Below the pieces are notes generated by a model. The model was given only the letters and a program-made list of their open reading frames with translations. It was not told the origin of the DNA and ran no database searches. Below, in pieces: positions 7,657 to 16,182 of a DNA stretch of 20,000 bases. The stretch is from an uncultured virus (IMG/VR IMGVR_UViG_3300031772_000015) (lineage: Duplodnaviria; Heunggongvirae; Uroviricota; Caudoviricetes): IMG/VR virus record IMGVR_UViG_3300031772_000015. The stretch is one strand, 5' to 3'. Each line of letters opens with the position of its first letter. Position 1 is the first letter of the stretch. Made by a program: the position numbers and the translations under genes.

Positions 7657-7856
7657 TGTTTCTCCCGTGGCGGGTCCACTGTAAAGTAACCCGGTTCGTC
7701 ATAATGTTCATAAAACCGCTCCATGCCGTGCATGTCATCTTCTGCGTCCGCCTTCGTGCCGTAAGGACCACAACCTTCGGGGTCCATCTCAGGCACACCG
7801 AGTATCCACCACTCACCGTCTCGCTTCTTGCAGCGCATCTTAGGCACGTCAGCCAT
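7653..7856 (-). CDS. Small hypothetical protein
   Basis: Overlap-coupled on both sides; contains a CGPYGTKADAE motif. Confidence 0.7.
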   Translation of the reverse strand: MADVPKMRCKKRDGEWWILGVPEMDPEGCGPYGTKADAEDDMHGMERFYEHYDEPGYFTVDPPREKQ

Positions 7857-8742
7857 TTAGAAACTCCGTTACATCATCCCATCGTTTTGACACCTTCTCC
7901 AATTGATCGCGTCCGAGTTGTTGTCGGGCGACTGCCGCCTCCCACAGATCAGTGTCGATCAAGTCGTCAATGTTGTCCTGAATCAAGGCAACAATGACGC
8001 GCGGTTCCAAAGCATCCAACTCGAACGACTCGTCACCATACAACGCCCGGTATCCCTCGTAGCGGGAGTCCGTGACTTTGGCAGGATTCGGTGGCAAATT
8101 CTCAATCTGATCGAAGTTCAACGCAATGCGTCTGACAGAGACCGTCGAACCAAACAGATTCAAGCGATCCTGGATGTCGCGCGACATGTCGATACCACTT
8201 GGGTCGTGGTCGCCAAGATGAATGATGATCGTCCGTTTGCCCGCCTCTTCGCGCCCAATCAGGCGTTGAGATGCTCCCCACATCTCACTCTGGCTCACAT
8301 ATCCACGACAAGAAAAGTATGGTACATCCATCTGAGTACAGACGCCTTCAATCACACCGATCAAAGCGTCCTTCTCAATGAAAACTTCCACATAATTTTC
8401 TTGACCGGCCCACAAATCCTCGGTGTACTGATTCGCACAAGCACGTATGATGTTGCGTGGACTGGACCAATGTGACAAACCACGTAAGTTCCGTGTGCGG
8501 TCTTCAATCGCATCCCAGTCAATCAAACCCGCCAAACGACCATCGTTGATGATCTCACCAAGACCCTTGTACGATTGCACGGTGTTGGGAATCAAGTCTC
8601 TCGAAACAAATTGGTAAAAAAGTTGGCGTAAAGTCAACTTGAATCCTTGTGCCTGGTACTCAACAATAATCTTGTTGGCTTGAGCGATGCGTTCCAACGC
8701 GACCGCACGAAACGACTTCGGAACATAACAAATCTTAGTCAT
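7849..8742 (-). CDS. Topoisomerase VI subunit A-like (Mini-A-type) WHD-TOPRIM protein
   Basis: LTLRQLFYQ (WHD Tyr region), VEVFIEKDAL (TOPRIM Glu), GDHDPSG (DxD), RIAL, ELDAL. Confidence 0.8.
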   Translation of the reverse strand: MTKICYVPKSFRAVALERIAQANKIIVEYQAQGFKLTLRQLFYQFVSRDLIPNTVQSYKGLGEIINDGRLAGLIDWDAIEDRTRNLRGLSHWSSPRNIIRACANQYTEDLWAGQENYVEVFIEKDALIGVIEGVCTQMDVPYFSCRGYVSQSEMWGASQRLIGREEAGKRTIIIHLGDHDPSGIDMSRDIQDRLNLFGSTVSVRRIALNFDQIENLPPNPAKVTDSRYEGYRALYGDESFELDALEPRVIVALIQDNIDDLIDTDLWEAAVARQQLGRDQLEKVSKRWDDVTEFLNG

Positions 8743-9262
8743 TGATGAACTCCCAAGTAAACCCCTTACATTGTTTCAGGCGGCCATGAAGTACGTGAGT
8801 GATATTCTGCGGACAAGCGCCTATGTCTCTTGCTGCTTCATCAATGCTATCATACTCCTTCCCGTCCGAACGGCGGACGGGTTTATTTATACCCGTCCCA
8901 TCTCGACGACAATCACGCATATTCTGTGAATGTGTCCCATAGGAAAGATTCCGCAAATGGTTATCACCCTGCCCTTGCGGCCCGTGGCAAACCTCTTTAC
9001 CTATTGGTTTCAAGCCTACAAACGCCGAAAGTACCAAATCGTGAACATACCGTGTGCGCCGTTGTTTGCCTCGCCACAAATTGACCACAGCATAATCCCG
9101 ACGCGACCCAGCCATTCGTTGACGTAAAATGCGTCCGGCCAAGAATGGAACACGCCCGTCAACGTATTCAACGACCCTATCAACACTGCGAACACGTCCC
9201 TTGTCTGAGACCTGATACAAACCCTCGTAACCCGGAACATCCTTCCACCGTTCGATCTTCAT
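8735..9262 (-). CDS. NUMOD4-HNH homing endonuclease with a C-terminal NUMOD1-like HTH
   Basis: ERWKDVPGYEGLYQVSDKGRVRS (NUMOD4); VHDLV..AF..VCH..DN...NL.YGT..QN (HNH); YDSIDEAARDIG..I..V..G....KGFTW. Confidence 0.9.
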   Translation of the reverse strand: MKIERWKDVPGYEGLYQVSDKGRVRSVDRVVEYVDGRVPFLAGRILRQRMAGSRRDYAVVNLWRGKQRRTRYVHDLVLSAFVGLKPIGKEVCHGPQGQGDNHLRNLSYGTHSQNMRDCRRDGTGINKPVRRSDGKEYDSIDEAARDIGACPQNITHVLHGRLKQCKGFTWEFIND

Positions 9263-9408
9263 TTCAAGTCTCGAATCAAGTCAAGGATCAACTCCCGCAC
9301 GTTCTCCAACGAGTCCAACGTTTGCTCCCGTGAGACCGAAGTATCAGCATGGAGTCGGCTGATCGCCGCCTCGGCTTCCTTCACCAATCGTTCATGCGTG
9401 GTTGCCAC
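9259..9408 (-). CDS. Small helical hypothetical protein (MATTHERLVKEAEAAISRLHADTSVSREQTL...)
   Basis: C-terminal 49 aa of the 9259-9765 ORF; GTG start at 9408; the rest of that ORF overlaps two other genes. Confidence 0.6.
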   Translation of the reverse strand: MATTHERLVKEAEAAISRLHADTSVSREQTLDSLENVRELILDLIRDLK

Positions 9409-9676
9409 AGTTGAATACCTGGTCCCGTAGATCGGCGACGTACTCGCCCTTGAAGTTGTGTGCATAATGATCCGGGCCGCCGCAACCACGCCGCAGGTAG
9501 ACAGTGTGCGTGCGCTTGCAGCCGTGAGTGCATTGCAGCCGCACGCAAATCGCCCACCCGCCATCTTTGATGATGACCAGTGTACCGATTCCGGCGGCGT
9601 AGGTCTCAACCTTCTGGCCGAGTCGGTTAGCAATCCACTGCTTCGAGCGGCCTTGCAAGTCTTCACTATGAAGCAT
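9392..9676 (-). CDS. Hypothetical protein, Cys/His-rich
   Basis: Co-directional, short overlaps, RBS GAGG. Confidence 0.6.
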   Translation of the reverse strand: MLHSEDLQGRSKQWIANRLGQKVETYAAGIGTLVIIKDGGWAICVRLQCTHGCKRTHTVYLRRGCGGPDHYAHNFKGEYVADLRDQVFNCGNHA

Positions 9677-9851
9677 TTGCCGCCTCGCGTGCTAATGCCA
9701 GGAAAGTTTCCCGCTCGTTGCCGTCGATCTTGACGAGCCACTGCGACGACAACTTGCAGTTGCACTCAATGCCCAAATCCTTGGCGGTCTGCAAGACACC
9801 CATCAATGCCTTGTCCCAGTTCTCATGCACTTCGGTCGGCCGGATAATCAT
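9666..9851 (-). CDS. Small hypothetical protein
   Basis: ATGA-coupled start at 9851 with GGAG upstream. Confidence 0.6.
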   Translation of the reverse strand: MIIRPTEVHENWDKALMGVLQTAKDLGIECNCKLSSQWLVKIDGNERETFLALAREAANAS

Positions 9852-10111
9852 GGTTGCACCGCCAACTCCGCGCAATACAGCGCGAACTTCTGTGTGTAGT
9901 CGATATGCCCCATCGCACATCGTTCTGCCTTGCCCACGTCCACCACGGCTGGCAGACCCCGACGAAAACGCTCAGCGTTGACCACATCCAGCATAATCTT
10001 GCGCTCGTAGATGATCCACTCCAACTCGTCACCGATCCATTTGGATTTCTGTGGCCGGAGTTTCTGAGCCTCCATGAGCACTTTCTGGAAGGTTTCAGCT
10101 AGTCTATTCAT
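9848..10111 (-). CDS. Hypothetical phage protein (VNAER...AMGHIDY..KFALYCAEL)
   Basis: TGATG-coupled ORF with protein-like composition. Confidence 0.7.
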   Translation of the reverse strand: MNRLAETFQKVLMEAQKLRPQKSKWIGDELEWIIYERKIMLDVVNAERFRRGLPAVVDVGKAERCAMGHIDYTQKFALYCAELAVQP

Positions 10112-10434
10112 CAGTCATTCTCCAAAACTGCAACCAAACAAATGAGTTTCTTCGTACTGAACGCCCGCAAGTCATTGATGTTCCCAGTCTTCGCCAGGAT
10201 AACATTGATGCACTGCCGCCTGTGGATTTCCTCCTTCACTTGAGCAACATCAATCTCTGTTGCAATCCGTGCGTGCGTATAGTCCCATTTCTGTCGCGGG
10301 GTCAACCTCCCTTGTCGATTGAACTTCGTGCTCCCGCAACACACTAACGTCTTAGTTGTCTTGGTCACTGTGGACAGATACGGGTTACTGCCACCAACCA
10401 ATAACACGTCCCCAACCTTTGCGTCAGTCAGCAT
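10111..10434 (-). CDS. Hypothetical protein (possible small beta-barrel N-terminus)
   Basis: Start reassigned to MLTDAKVGD (10434; 10440 also possible) to limit overlap with the SprT-like gene. Confidence 0.65.
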   Translation of the reverse strand: MLTDAKVGDVLLVGGSNPYLSTVTKTTKTLVCCGSTKFNRQGRLTPRQKWDYTHARIATEIDVAQVKEEIHRRQCINVILAKTGNINDLRAFSTKKLICLVAVLEND

Positions 10435-11008
10435 CGCCATCACCCTCAACCATCTCGCCGCCACAAGCGCAAGTCGGTGCGCCTGCTTCTTCAAGCCACT
10501 TGCGCGTCATGCGAACAACGCATCCACACTCTTTGCAGGTGACTTTCAACATGCGGGTAGTCTGTGTCTTTGGCCGATTGCTGGCGACAAGCCGGGCATG
10601 TGGATACTCCCCGATCTCGTCCGTCAACACTTGAAGTTTGATCTTCAACTCGTCACCGACCGTCGTAGCCGTCATCTTGCCTTCAAGACCGACTGACTTT
10701 GCCAGTTGCTTGAACGCGCCCCGATGACCGCACTCAAGACCGACTGCAACGTGAACCAACTCGTGAACCACGACACCGCCGACCTCGATAGGGTCTTTCA
10801 GCAACGGGCTGATAAAAACCTCAAAAGTCTGATCTTCGCTGTTCTTGTCGCTCCACGCTTCGCCGATTCGCTTGTTCTTGTTGGCGAGAGCCATCTTCGA
10901 CGGAAAACTGCACGACGCACGAATCTTTGCAGGTAGGGTTGCACCCTTCCCCTCAAAGACCGGCCGCAACTTTTCAATCAGCGTCAGTAACCACTGTTCT
11001 CTTAACAT
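10424..11008 (-). CDS. SprT-like zinc metalloprotease
   Basis: VVHELVH...GHRGAFK HExxH+H motif and a C-terminal CKECG...CACG Zn ribbon. Confidence 0.85.
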   Translation of the reverse strand: MLREQWLLTLIEKLRPVFEGKGATLPAKIRASCSFPSKMALANKNKRIGEAWSDKNSEDQTFEVFISPLLKDPIEVGGVVVHELVHVAVGLECGHRGAFKQLAKSVGLEGKMTATTVGDELKIKLQVLTDEIGEYPHARLVASNRPKTQTTRMLKVTCKECGCVVRMTRKWLEEAGAPTCACGGEMVEGDGDAD

Positions 11009-11027
11009 CAGTGTCCCTTTCTATTCA

Positions 11028-11055
11028 ACTATACATCACAGGCGTAGAAAGTCAA
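11028..11055 (-). promoter_or_regulatory. Sigma70-like promoter upstream of the SprT-like gene
   Basis: TTGACT-N16-TATAGT in an intergenic gap. Confidence 0.6.
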
Positions 11056-11056
11056 G

Positions 11057-11638
11057 TCAACGGTCGAGATTTTCGCCCGCCTTCTCACAGATCGCGCCCG
11101 CAAGATTGTTCCAACCCCGATCCTGTGCAGCCATCTTGCACAGGTCCGAGTAGCCCTTGTCCAAGACGGGGCACTCCGTCGTCTCAACCCCGACAACTTG
11201 AGCGACCCGTGCCATCGAAACCCGAAGTCCTTCCAGTTCCTTGCGTGTGTCCACCACAGCCTCTACGGTACAAAATTCATGGTCGCCAGTCTGGAACGGT
11301 GAATCGAATTGCACAAAGGGGCCACCCTCGGGTCTATCGTGCCAGGCTTTACAATGCCGAAGCACTTGGAGAATGTCGTAAGCCATCCGATAGGTTTGTG
11401 GCACGTCACGATTGTTGATACTGTAACCGACGCCCCGTTCAAGCGGGAGTAATGACTGTTTGATTGCGTCCAACGTCCAACCAATGTCCACCTTATCCGC
11501 GCCCTCGCGCTTGCGCGAATCAAACTGAAAGAGACGCCGGATTTCATCAAACTGGCCGCAACCAATCCGCGAATACAGGTCCAAGGCGTGAAGAATCGTG
11601 CGAACCTGTGCATCGTCAATAGTCAAAGTGTACTTCAT
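11057..11638 (-). CDS. Hypothetical phage protein (ALDLYSRIGCGQF motif)
   Basis: Long co-directional ORF with RBS GAGGA. Confidence 0.75.
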   Translation of the reverse strand: MKYTLTIDDAQVRTILHALDLYSRIGCGQFDEIRRLFQFDSRKREGADKVDIGWTLDAIKQSLLPLERGVGYSINNRDVPQTYRMAYDILQVLRHCKAWHDRPEGGPFVQFDSPFQTGDHEFCTVEAVVDTRKELEGLRVSMARVAQVVGVETTECPVLDKGYSDLCKMAAQDRGWNNLAGAICEKAGENLDR

Positions 11639-11661
11639 GTCTTCCTCATATTATATCAGTA

Positions 11662-12369
11662 TTACTTGTTTAGAAGCATGTCCCAATCAAAAGTTCCGCG
11701 CCGCTCCAATTTTACTCGCTTTTGTTTCTTACGTCGATCCCTCAAACTATTGAGTGTGACATACGGATCACTATGTTGTTTCACGTATACATCCCGAACC
11801 CAAGCCGCTGAGAAAGAATCAACAAAACGTCCAAGACGTTTTCGATTAGCATAGGCTGAATATAAAGTCTCACCCACACATCGACAGACACCAAGATAGG
11901 GTGTTGACATTCCACGTCGTTTTCGTCGGCTTTGGGACTGTTGCTTGTATGTTGCCCACCGACAATTTGATGGACAATAATTTCGATTTGTCCGTTTACG
12001 ATCCAATGTTAATTCATCATTGTATCCATTCGCAAACGCCCAGTAAGCAAAAACGTCAAATGACTGCCATTCCCGACAGACACATATCCCTCGGCCACCA
12101 TAATTATGCCAACCGGCGGCCCGAGGATTGCTACATCGGTACTTCATACTTTTCCAGCAAGCATAAAGTCTTGAACCTGTGAGACAATGCCGCCGATTCA
12201 CAGCACCTATCTTTTCATTTCTCAAACAACCACATGAACGAGTATGCCCGGTCACAAGTTTATCACAATTAACCACTTTACAGACACCACAAGAACACAC
12301 CACAGAAACAGCGCGTCCTTGTGGTGTCACAACAACAGTCAACCGTCCAAACCTGTCGCCCTTCTTCAT
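11662..12369 (-). CDS. HNH-like homing endonuclease with a degenerate C-terminal AP2-like domain
   Basis: GDRFGRLTV, SCGC, YGGRGI, LTLDR...NCRWAT, then YLGV...LGRF...AAWVRD. Paralog of 5383-5889. Confidence 0.85.
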   Translation of the reverse strand: MKKGDRFGRLTVVVTPQGRAVSVVCSCGVCKVVNCDKLVTGHTRSCGCLRNEKIGAVNRRHCLTGSRLYACWKSMKYRCSNPRAAGWHNYGGRGICVCREWQSFDVFAYWAFANGYNDELTLDRKRTNRNYCPSNCRWATYKQQSQSRRKRRGMSTPYLGVCRCVGETLYSAYANRKRLGRFVDSFSAAWVRDVYVKQHSDPYVTLNSLRDRRKKQKRVKLERRGTFDWDMLLNK

Positions 12370-13517
12370 GCTTTCCTCACGCGCTTCAAGACGGTTTGTG
12401 GTGTGCCCTTGTAGTCGTCGTGCTTGGCAACGGTGCCGACGATCTTCAACTCGTCACCCTCATGCAGCCAATCCGTGTTACCGCTGGCCCACCATATCAA
12501 CACGTTGCCAGCAGCATCAAATCGCACAAGCGTTTTGACCCCATACTGGGAATCAAAGTAGCTAAGTTTCTTGACCGTGACCGCAAATTCCTCTCTCTTC
12601 CCGACTGTGCCGACGTGGACACAAGGCGTCTTCTTTCCCGAATCCAAGACGCGGTTATAGGCAGCAATCACGCTTGCCACGGTGCCCCGCGTTCGATACG
12701 TGACACTCGCACACCGGCAGGCCACACCCAGGTTGTAGAGGTAGTCACCTTCATCAGTCGGCAGACTCGCGGCCCATACTGTTGCCCTCTCGGCCAATTC
12801 TTCATCGCGTGACTCAACATAAAGTTGATTGCTCTCAACCAATTCCTTGGTGAACTTATCATTCGACGTGAGCACCTGCCACACGAGATGGGCCGTTGTC
12901 AGTGTCTCCCGCGTGGCATCCTCTGCCATTTTCCGGCTGACCCAGCCGAGACGCCTAATCACGATAGCAGTCGTGGCGACAAACAAGCCAAGTGGAATGG
13001 TTCTTTCGACATGCCCATAGTTCTCGTCGCACGCATCCCGCACTTCACTCACGGCTGAGATTTCCCACTCGGCACGCGCGATCATCGACTCAACGCTGAC
13101 ATGCCCAAGGAAGTCGGCGATACACTGGCGGCCAACCTGAACGTGCCTTCCATCAATGTGTCTGAGTACGAAGACTTCTTTCCGCATCCGACTCGTCTTG
13201 CAATGATCGCAGTGATTATCGGCGAGTCGATAATCAGATGGCACCGTCTCGCCCGGCACACAACGAACCATGTTCTCTTCTTCGATCCTCTCAATGACGC
13301 CAACCAGTTTCCAACCGTCAAGAACCGGAGATTCGCCGACGACATCAACATTGACCATCTCGATCTTGTACTTCACACCCGTTTCATGCCGACGTTCCTC
13401 GAAAATCGTCGCGCCAGTCGTCAATCTGATCTCAGATTGACCGAGTTTACGACAACGACGATTCATCGCTTCGATTGCGTCTTGCAGATGCGGTAGATTG
13501 AAAGATGGGATTAACAT
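12366..13517 (-). CDS. Phage protein with a Zn-binding CxxC...C motif and a C-terminal OB-fold-like domain
   Basis: CDHC...R.R...VGRQC; C-terminal HVGTVGKR...YG..TL..F...GN...W..S...GD...I.GTV..HD.Y.G..QT.L.R. Start taken at MLIPS (13517); 13589 is an alternative. Confidence 0.7.
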   Translation of the reverse strand: MLIPSFNLPHLQDAIEAMNRRCRKLGQSEIRLTTGATIFEERRHETGVKYKIEMVNVDVVGESPVLDGWKLVGVIERIEEENMVRCVPGETVPSDYRLADNHCDHCKTSRMRKEVFVLRHIDGRHVQVGRQCIADFLGHVSVESMIARAEWEISAVSEVRDACDENYGHVERTIPLGLFVATTAIVIRRLGWVSRKMAEDATRETLTTAHLVWQVLTSNDKFTKELVESNQLYVESRDEELAERATVWAASLPTDEGDYLYNLGVACRCASVTYRTRGTVASVIAAYNRVLDSGKKTPCVHVGTVGKREEFAVTVKKLSYFDSQYGVKTLVRFDAAGNVLIWWASGNTDWLHEGDELKIVGTVAKHDDYKGTPQTVLKRVRKA

Positions 13518-13789
13518 GATACCAGAATAGGGTTGGTGACTTCGTATACTTCCAGTCGGATGCGTTGTTCTTTGTTGATTGGCTGCCACGAATTTGCAAG
13601 AGTGATAACGAACTCCGCGATTTCTTGCAGGTCCGTCACTTTGACGCCGATTAAGTTTGCCGTGGTGGAATCGAACACTCGGGCAATCTTACACTCACGT
13701 TGTTCCAAGTTGCTACCCCGGATGGCCGAAGGCCGCCAGAGCCAATGGTGCATGATGGCAAGATACAGTTTGCCTGGTTCAGCGTTCAT
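13511..13789 (-). CDS. Hypothetical protein
   Basis: ATGA-coupled start at 13789. Confidence 0.6.
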   Translation of the reverse strand: MNAEPGKLYLAIMHHWLWRPSAIRGSNLEQRECKIARVFDSTTANLIGVKVTDLQEIAEFVITLANSWQPINKEQRIRLEVYEVTNPILVSC

Positions 13790-13986
13790 ATCTTTGCCAC
13801 CGTTTTGATGTCGAGTGTCCACAACGGCCAATGATCGTCACCGGCTGGTCTGCCTGTCGTCTTACAATACTTCGTTCCCTGCCGTGAAACCCAGTAGCAC
13901 TTCGTTTCACGCAGTAAAACTTTCGGCCGCTGGTCGCCGACTCGTGCGTCACCATGAAGAAAGCCAGTATGTGTTGCTACGAACAT
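13786..13986 (-). CDS. Small hypothetical protein (LRETKCYWVS..G.KY.K.TG motif)
   Basis: ATG 13986 with GGAG RBS. Confidence 0.65.
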   Translation of the reverse strand: MFVATHTGFLHGDARVGDQRPKVLLRETKCYWVSRQGTKYCKTTGRPAGDDHWPLWTLDIKTVAKI

Positions 13987-14171
13987 AATTGTCTCCCGAC
14001 CGCCACTCCCTCGGCAAAGACTTTGGCCTTTCGATAGGTGCAGACTGTCTTGACGGTTCCAAAGACAAAGAACCGCACGCCAAGTCGGATGTAACACGTC
14101 ACCGGCAACCCGGAGATTCGCGCCAAGGTCTCACACCGGATGGTTTCAGTATGTTCGCTTGCAACTACCAC
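13977..14171 (-). CDS. Small hypothetical protein
   Basis: Fills the gap co-directionally; GGAG upstream. Confidence 0.55.
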   Translation of the reverse strand: MVVASEHTETIRCETLARISGLPVTCYIRLGVRFFVFGTVKTVCTYRKAKVFAEGVAVGRQLCS

Positions 14172-14305
14172 AGCAGCACTCCCAAGGTCAGGACTGACAG
14201 GACCAGGATAGTATTGACCACAGTATCAAACCAGTCGGCAACCGCAGCGGCCGTGGCTCGCTGTTGAGATGTCGGCTGCATTGCAATCGGCCAGTAGTTT
14301 GTCAT
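14165..14305 (-). CDS. Small membrane protein (C-terminal TM)
   Basis: ATG 14305 with AAGGGAG RBS; VVNTILVLSVLTLGVLLW. Confidence 0.55.
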   Translation of the reverse strand: MTNYWPIAMQPTSQQRATAAAVADWFDTVVNTILVLSVLTLGVLLW

Positions 14306-14318
14306 CGTGTCTCCCTTT

Positions 14319-14966
14319 CTACTTAATCCTACCACGTCCCTGGCGTTTTGCAAGCATTTTTCTCATTTTGTGTGTGTTTTTCTCGCGTGATTGCACGATT
14401 TTGACGGTCACACCGGATAAACACAACCCGATCTCGTCAAGATCAAGCCAATCCTGCATCCCAAGTCGGTCAATCGGCTCCCGAATCACGGACGTTCGAC
14501 CAATCCAGTCAGGACTCAAGCACACACCAACCGCCTTGATGCTGTCCCACGGGATGCCCGCCACACCCTGTCGCTTTCGTGCCTCACGCCACCCGGATGC
14601 CGGTTTCTCGAACGGGTTGACATCATTGTGGCAATATCCGTTGCCTGGCTTCAAGCAAAGTGAACTCGGATACCGCCAGATGAAGGTGCCCCGCTCCCGC
14701 CATGACACAAAGTTGCCCCAAGTGCCCTCATTAAGATCGCTTAACTCCCAGCCCTCAGCAGGCGTGTCGCACAAATCCGAGTGGAAATCCACATTGATTA
14801 AGGTTGTGCATTGGGATGAATTTATCACATCTAGCAAGTGGTCATGCTCGTATGCAGCATGAATCGGAAGACCCAATGCGTACACTTTCTTGAAGAAAAC
14901 ATCACACTGATGCTTCCGGCCATGTGCCCAATAGTCTAAATCTATCGAGAGAAATACAGGGATCAT
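14319..14966 (-). CDS. UPF0489-like / arginase-deacetylase-fold metal-binding protein
   Basis: LSIDLDYW, EHDH, INVDFHSDL, NEGTW and CLSPDW motifs. Confidence 0.6.
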   Translation of the reverse strand: MIPVFLSIDLDYWAHGRKHQCDVFFKKVYALGLPIHAAYEHDHLLDVINSSQCTTLINVDFHSDLCDTPAEGWELSDLNEGTWGNFVSWRERGTFIWRYPSSLCLKPGNGYCHNDVNPFEKPASGWREARKRQGVAGIPWDSIKAVGVCLSPDWIGRTSVIREPIDRLGMQDWLDLDEIGLCLSGVTVKIVQSREKNTHKMRKMLAKRQGRGRIK

Positions 14967-15817
14967 TGTTTCTCCACAACTGGAATCTGATTCTTGTACC
15001 CATCACCGCCCCAGTATTTATCCACCCCATCATTATAGGCTTGAGCGGCTAATTCTGGCGACCCAAAAGTACCAAAATATTGACGATCAATTCGGGCAAA
15101 CCATTTCTTTCGTTTTGGAAACACACCCTTGAATCGCCCTTTAGGTGGTTTATAACGATTTGCCGCTTTTGCAGCCTCAGACCTTCGTTGTTTCACTTCG
15201 GGTCGAGCAGAAACCGCTTTTGCCGCCTCAGACTGGTGCTGCTTCACTTCGGGCCGATTGTGAGCTACTTTCTGTGCCATTGATCGTCGCAGTTTCACAT
15301 CAGGACGAATCGACGCTGCATGTTGTGCTGCAATCCTCTGCTGCTTCACACCTGGACGCGCCAATGCCACTTTCGCCGCCTCTGACTGCCGTTGTTTCAC
15401 TTCCGGTCGAGCACTCGCCGCTTTTATTGCTTTGGAGTATCGTTCTTTCATTTCAGGCTGCATCATCACTGCCTTCCTTGACGCAGACATCCGTTGTCTT
15501 GTAGCAATCGACACATTTGTCACCCCATCGCCACCACCGGTTAAATTACAAAGTGGGCCTGTTTGTAAATCTTCACGACCAATGGCGGCAATGAAGAACC
15601 GTTCCCAACGACGTGATTCTTGACGTGTGAGATTGTCGAGCAAGTGACACATACTTGATTTGCGGCCTTCTTGTCGTATCCTACAAAGTCTCCAACAAAA
15701 GTAGCGACAACCTCGTTCACTTGAACGACCATGCCGCACGTCACGTCTCCCACGGCCCGCCCCAATGTAAATGGGTACATCGCCGTCCCAGTAGCAGTAG
15801 ACGTAGTAGTCATTCAT
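14963..15817 (-). CDS. GIY-YIG endonuclease with 17-aa helical tandem repeats and a C-terminal AP2 domain
   Basis: YYVY..YIGAG..R, WE..FI, LCNLT.GGDG; six RPEVKQRxSEAAKxxxA-type repeats; FKGV..KWFARI..YFGTF...AAQAYN. Confidence 0.85.
   Translation of the reverse strand: MNDYYVYCYWDGDVPIYIGAGRGRRDVRHGRSSERGCRYFCWRLCRIRQEGRKSSMCHLLDNLTRQESRRWERFFIAAIGREDLQTGPLCNLTGGGDGVTNVSIATRQRMSASRKAVMMQPEMKERYSKAIKAASARPEVKQRQSEAAKVALARPGVKQQRIAAQHAASIRPDVKLRRSMAQKVAHNRPEVKQHQSEAAKAVSARPEVKQRRSEAAKAANRYKPPKGRFKGVFPKRKKWFARIDRQYFGTFGSPELAAQAYNDGVDKYWGGDGYKNQIPVVEKQ
15155..15460 (-). repeat. Six degenerate 51-bp (17-aa) coding repeats
   Basis: Units begin at aa 120, 137, 154, 171, 188 and 205 of the GIY-YIG protein. 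Confidence 0.85.
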
Positions 15818-16182
15818 TCTACTTGATCCAGGTAATCAACGATTTCCCGCATCGCAGCCCGCGCCGCCACCCACAATTCCCGCAGGCGTTCATCCGCAAC
15901 ATGATCGGGTGGAATGAGACTATAGACGCAAAAGCCAAGTCCTTCGTATGAAATTTGTTCCTTGACCACGCTTGCCGACAACGGACCAGGCGGTACGTCG
16001 GGTGAATGAATCGGCGGCATCCCTTTTGGCAACACCCAGACCCACTTTCCAGGCTCGGGGTAGGGGAAGTCATGCGTACCAGGCGTCGTTTTGTGCTTGC
16101 AGCCGAAGTCGTGGCCACACTCACAGACCAGTTTGCGTGCGCCATGTGCTGTATTGCAACTCGGGCAAATCTTGCTAGGCAT
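15814..16182 (-). CDS. Hypothetical protein with an N-terminal Zn ribbon
   Basis: KICPSC....ARKLVCECGHDF; start at MPSK (16182) with GGAGG RBS. Confidence 0.7.
   Translation of the reverse strand: MPSKICPSCNTAHGARKLVCECGHDFGCKHKTTPGTHDFPYPEPGKWVWVLPKGMPPIHSPDVPPGPLSASVVKEQISYEGLGFCVYSLIPPDHVADERLRELWVAARAAMREIVDYLDQVE

Noticed and set aside
9259..9765. 168-aa ORF as given in the track
   Set aside because: The N-terminal 119 codons overlap two better-coupled ORFs; only the last 49 codons are retained as a gene.
5456..11973. 20-bp exact repeat GCCCACCGACAATTTGATGG at 5456-5475 and 11954-11973
   Set aside because: Encodes the conserved PSNCRWA motif in two paralogous endonucleases; not a separate element.
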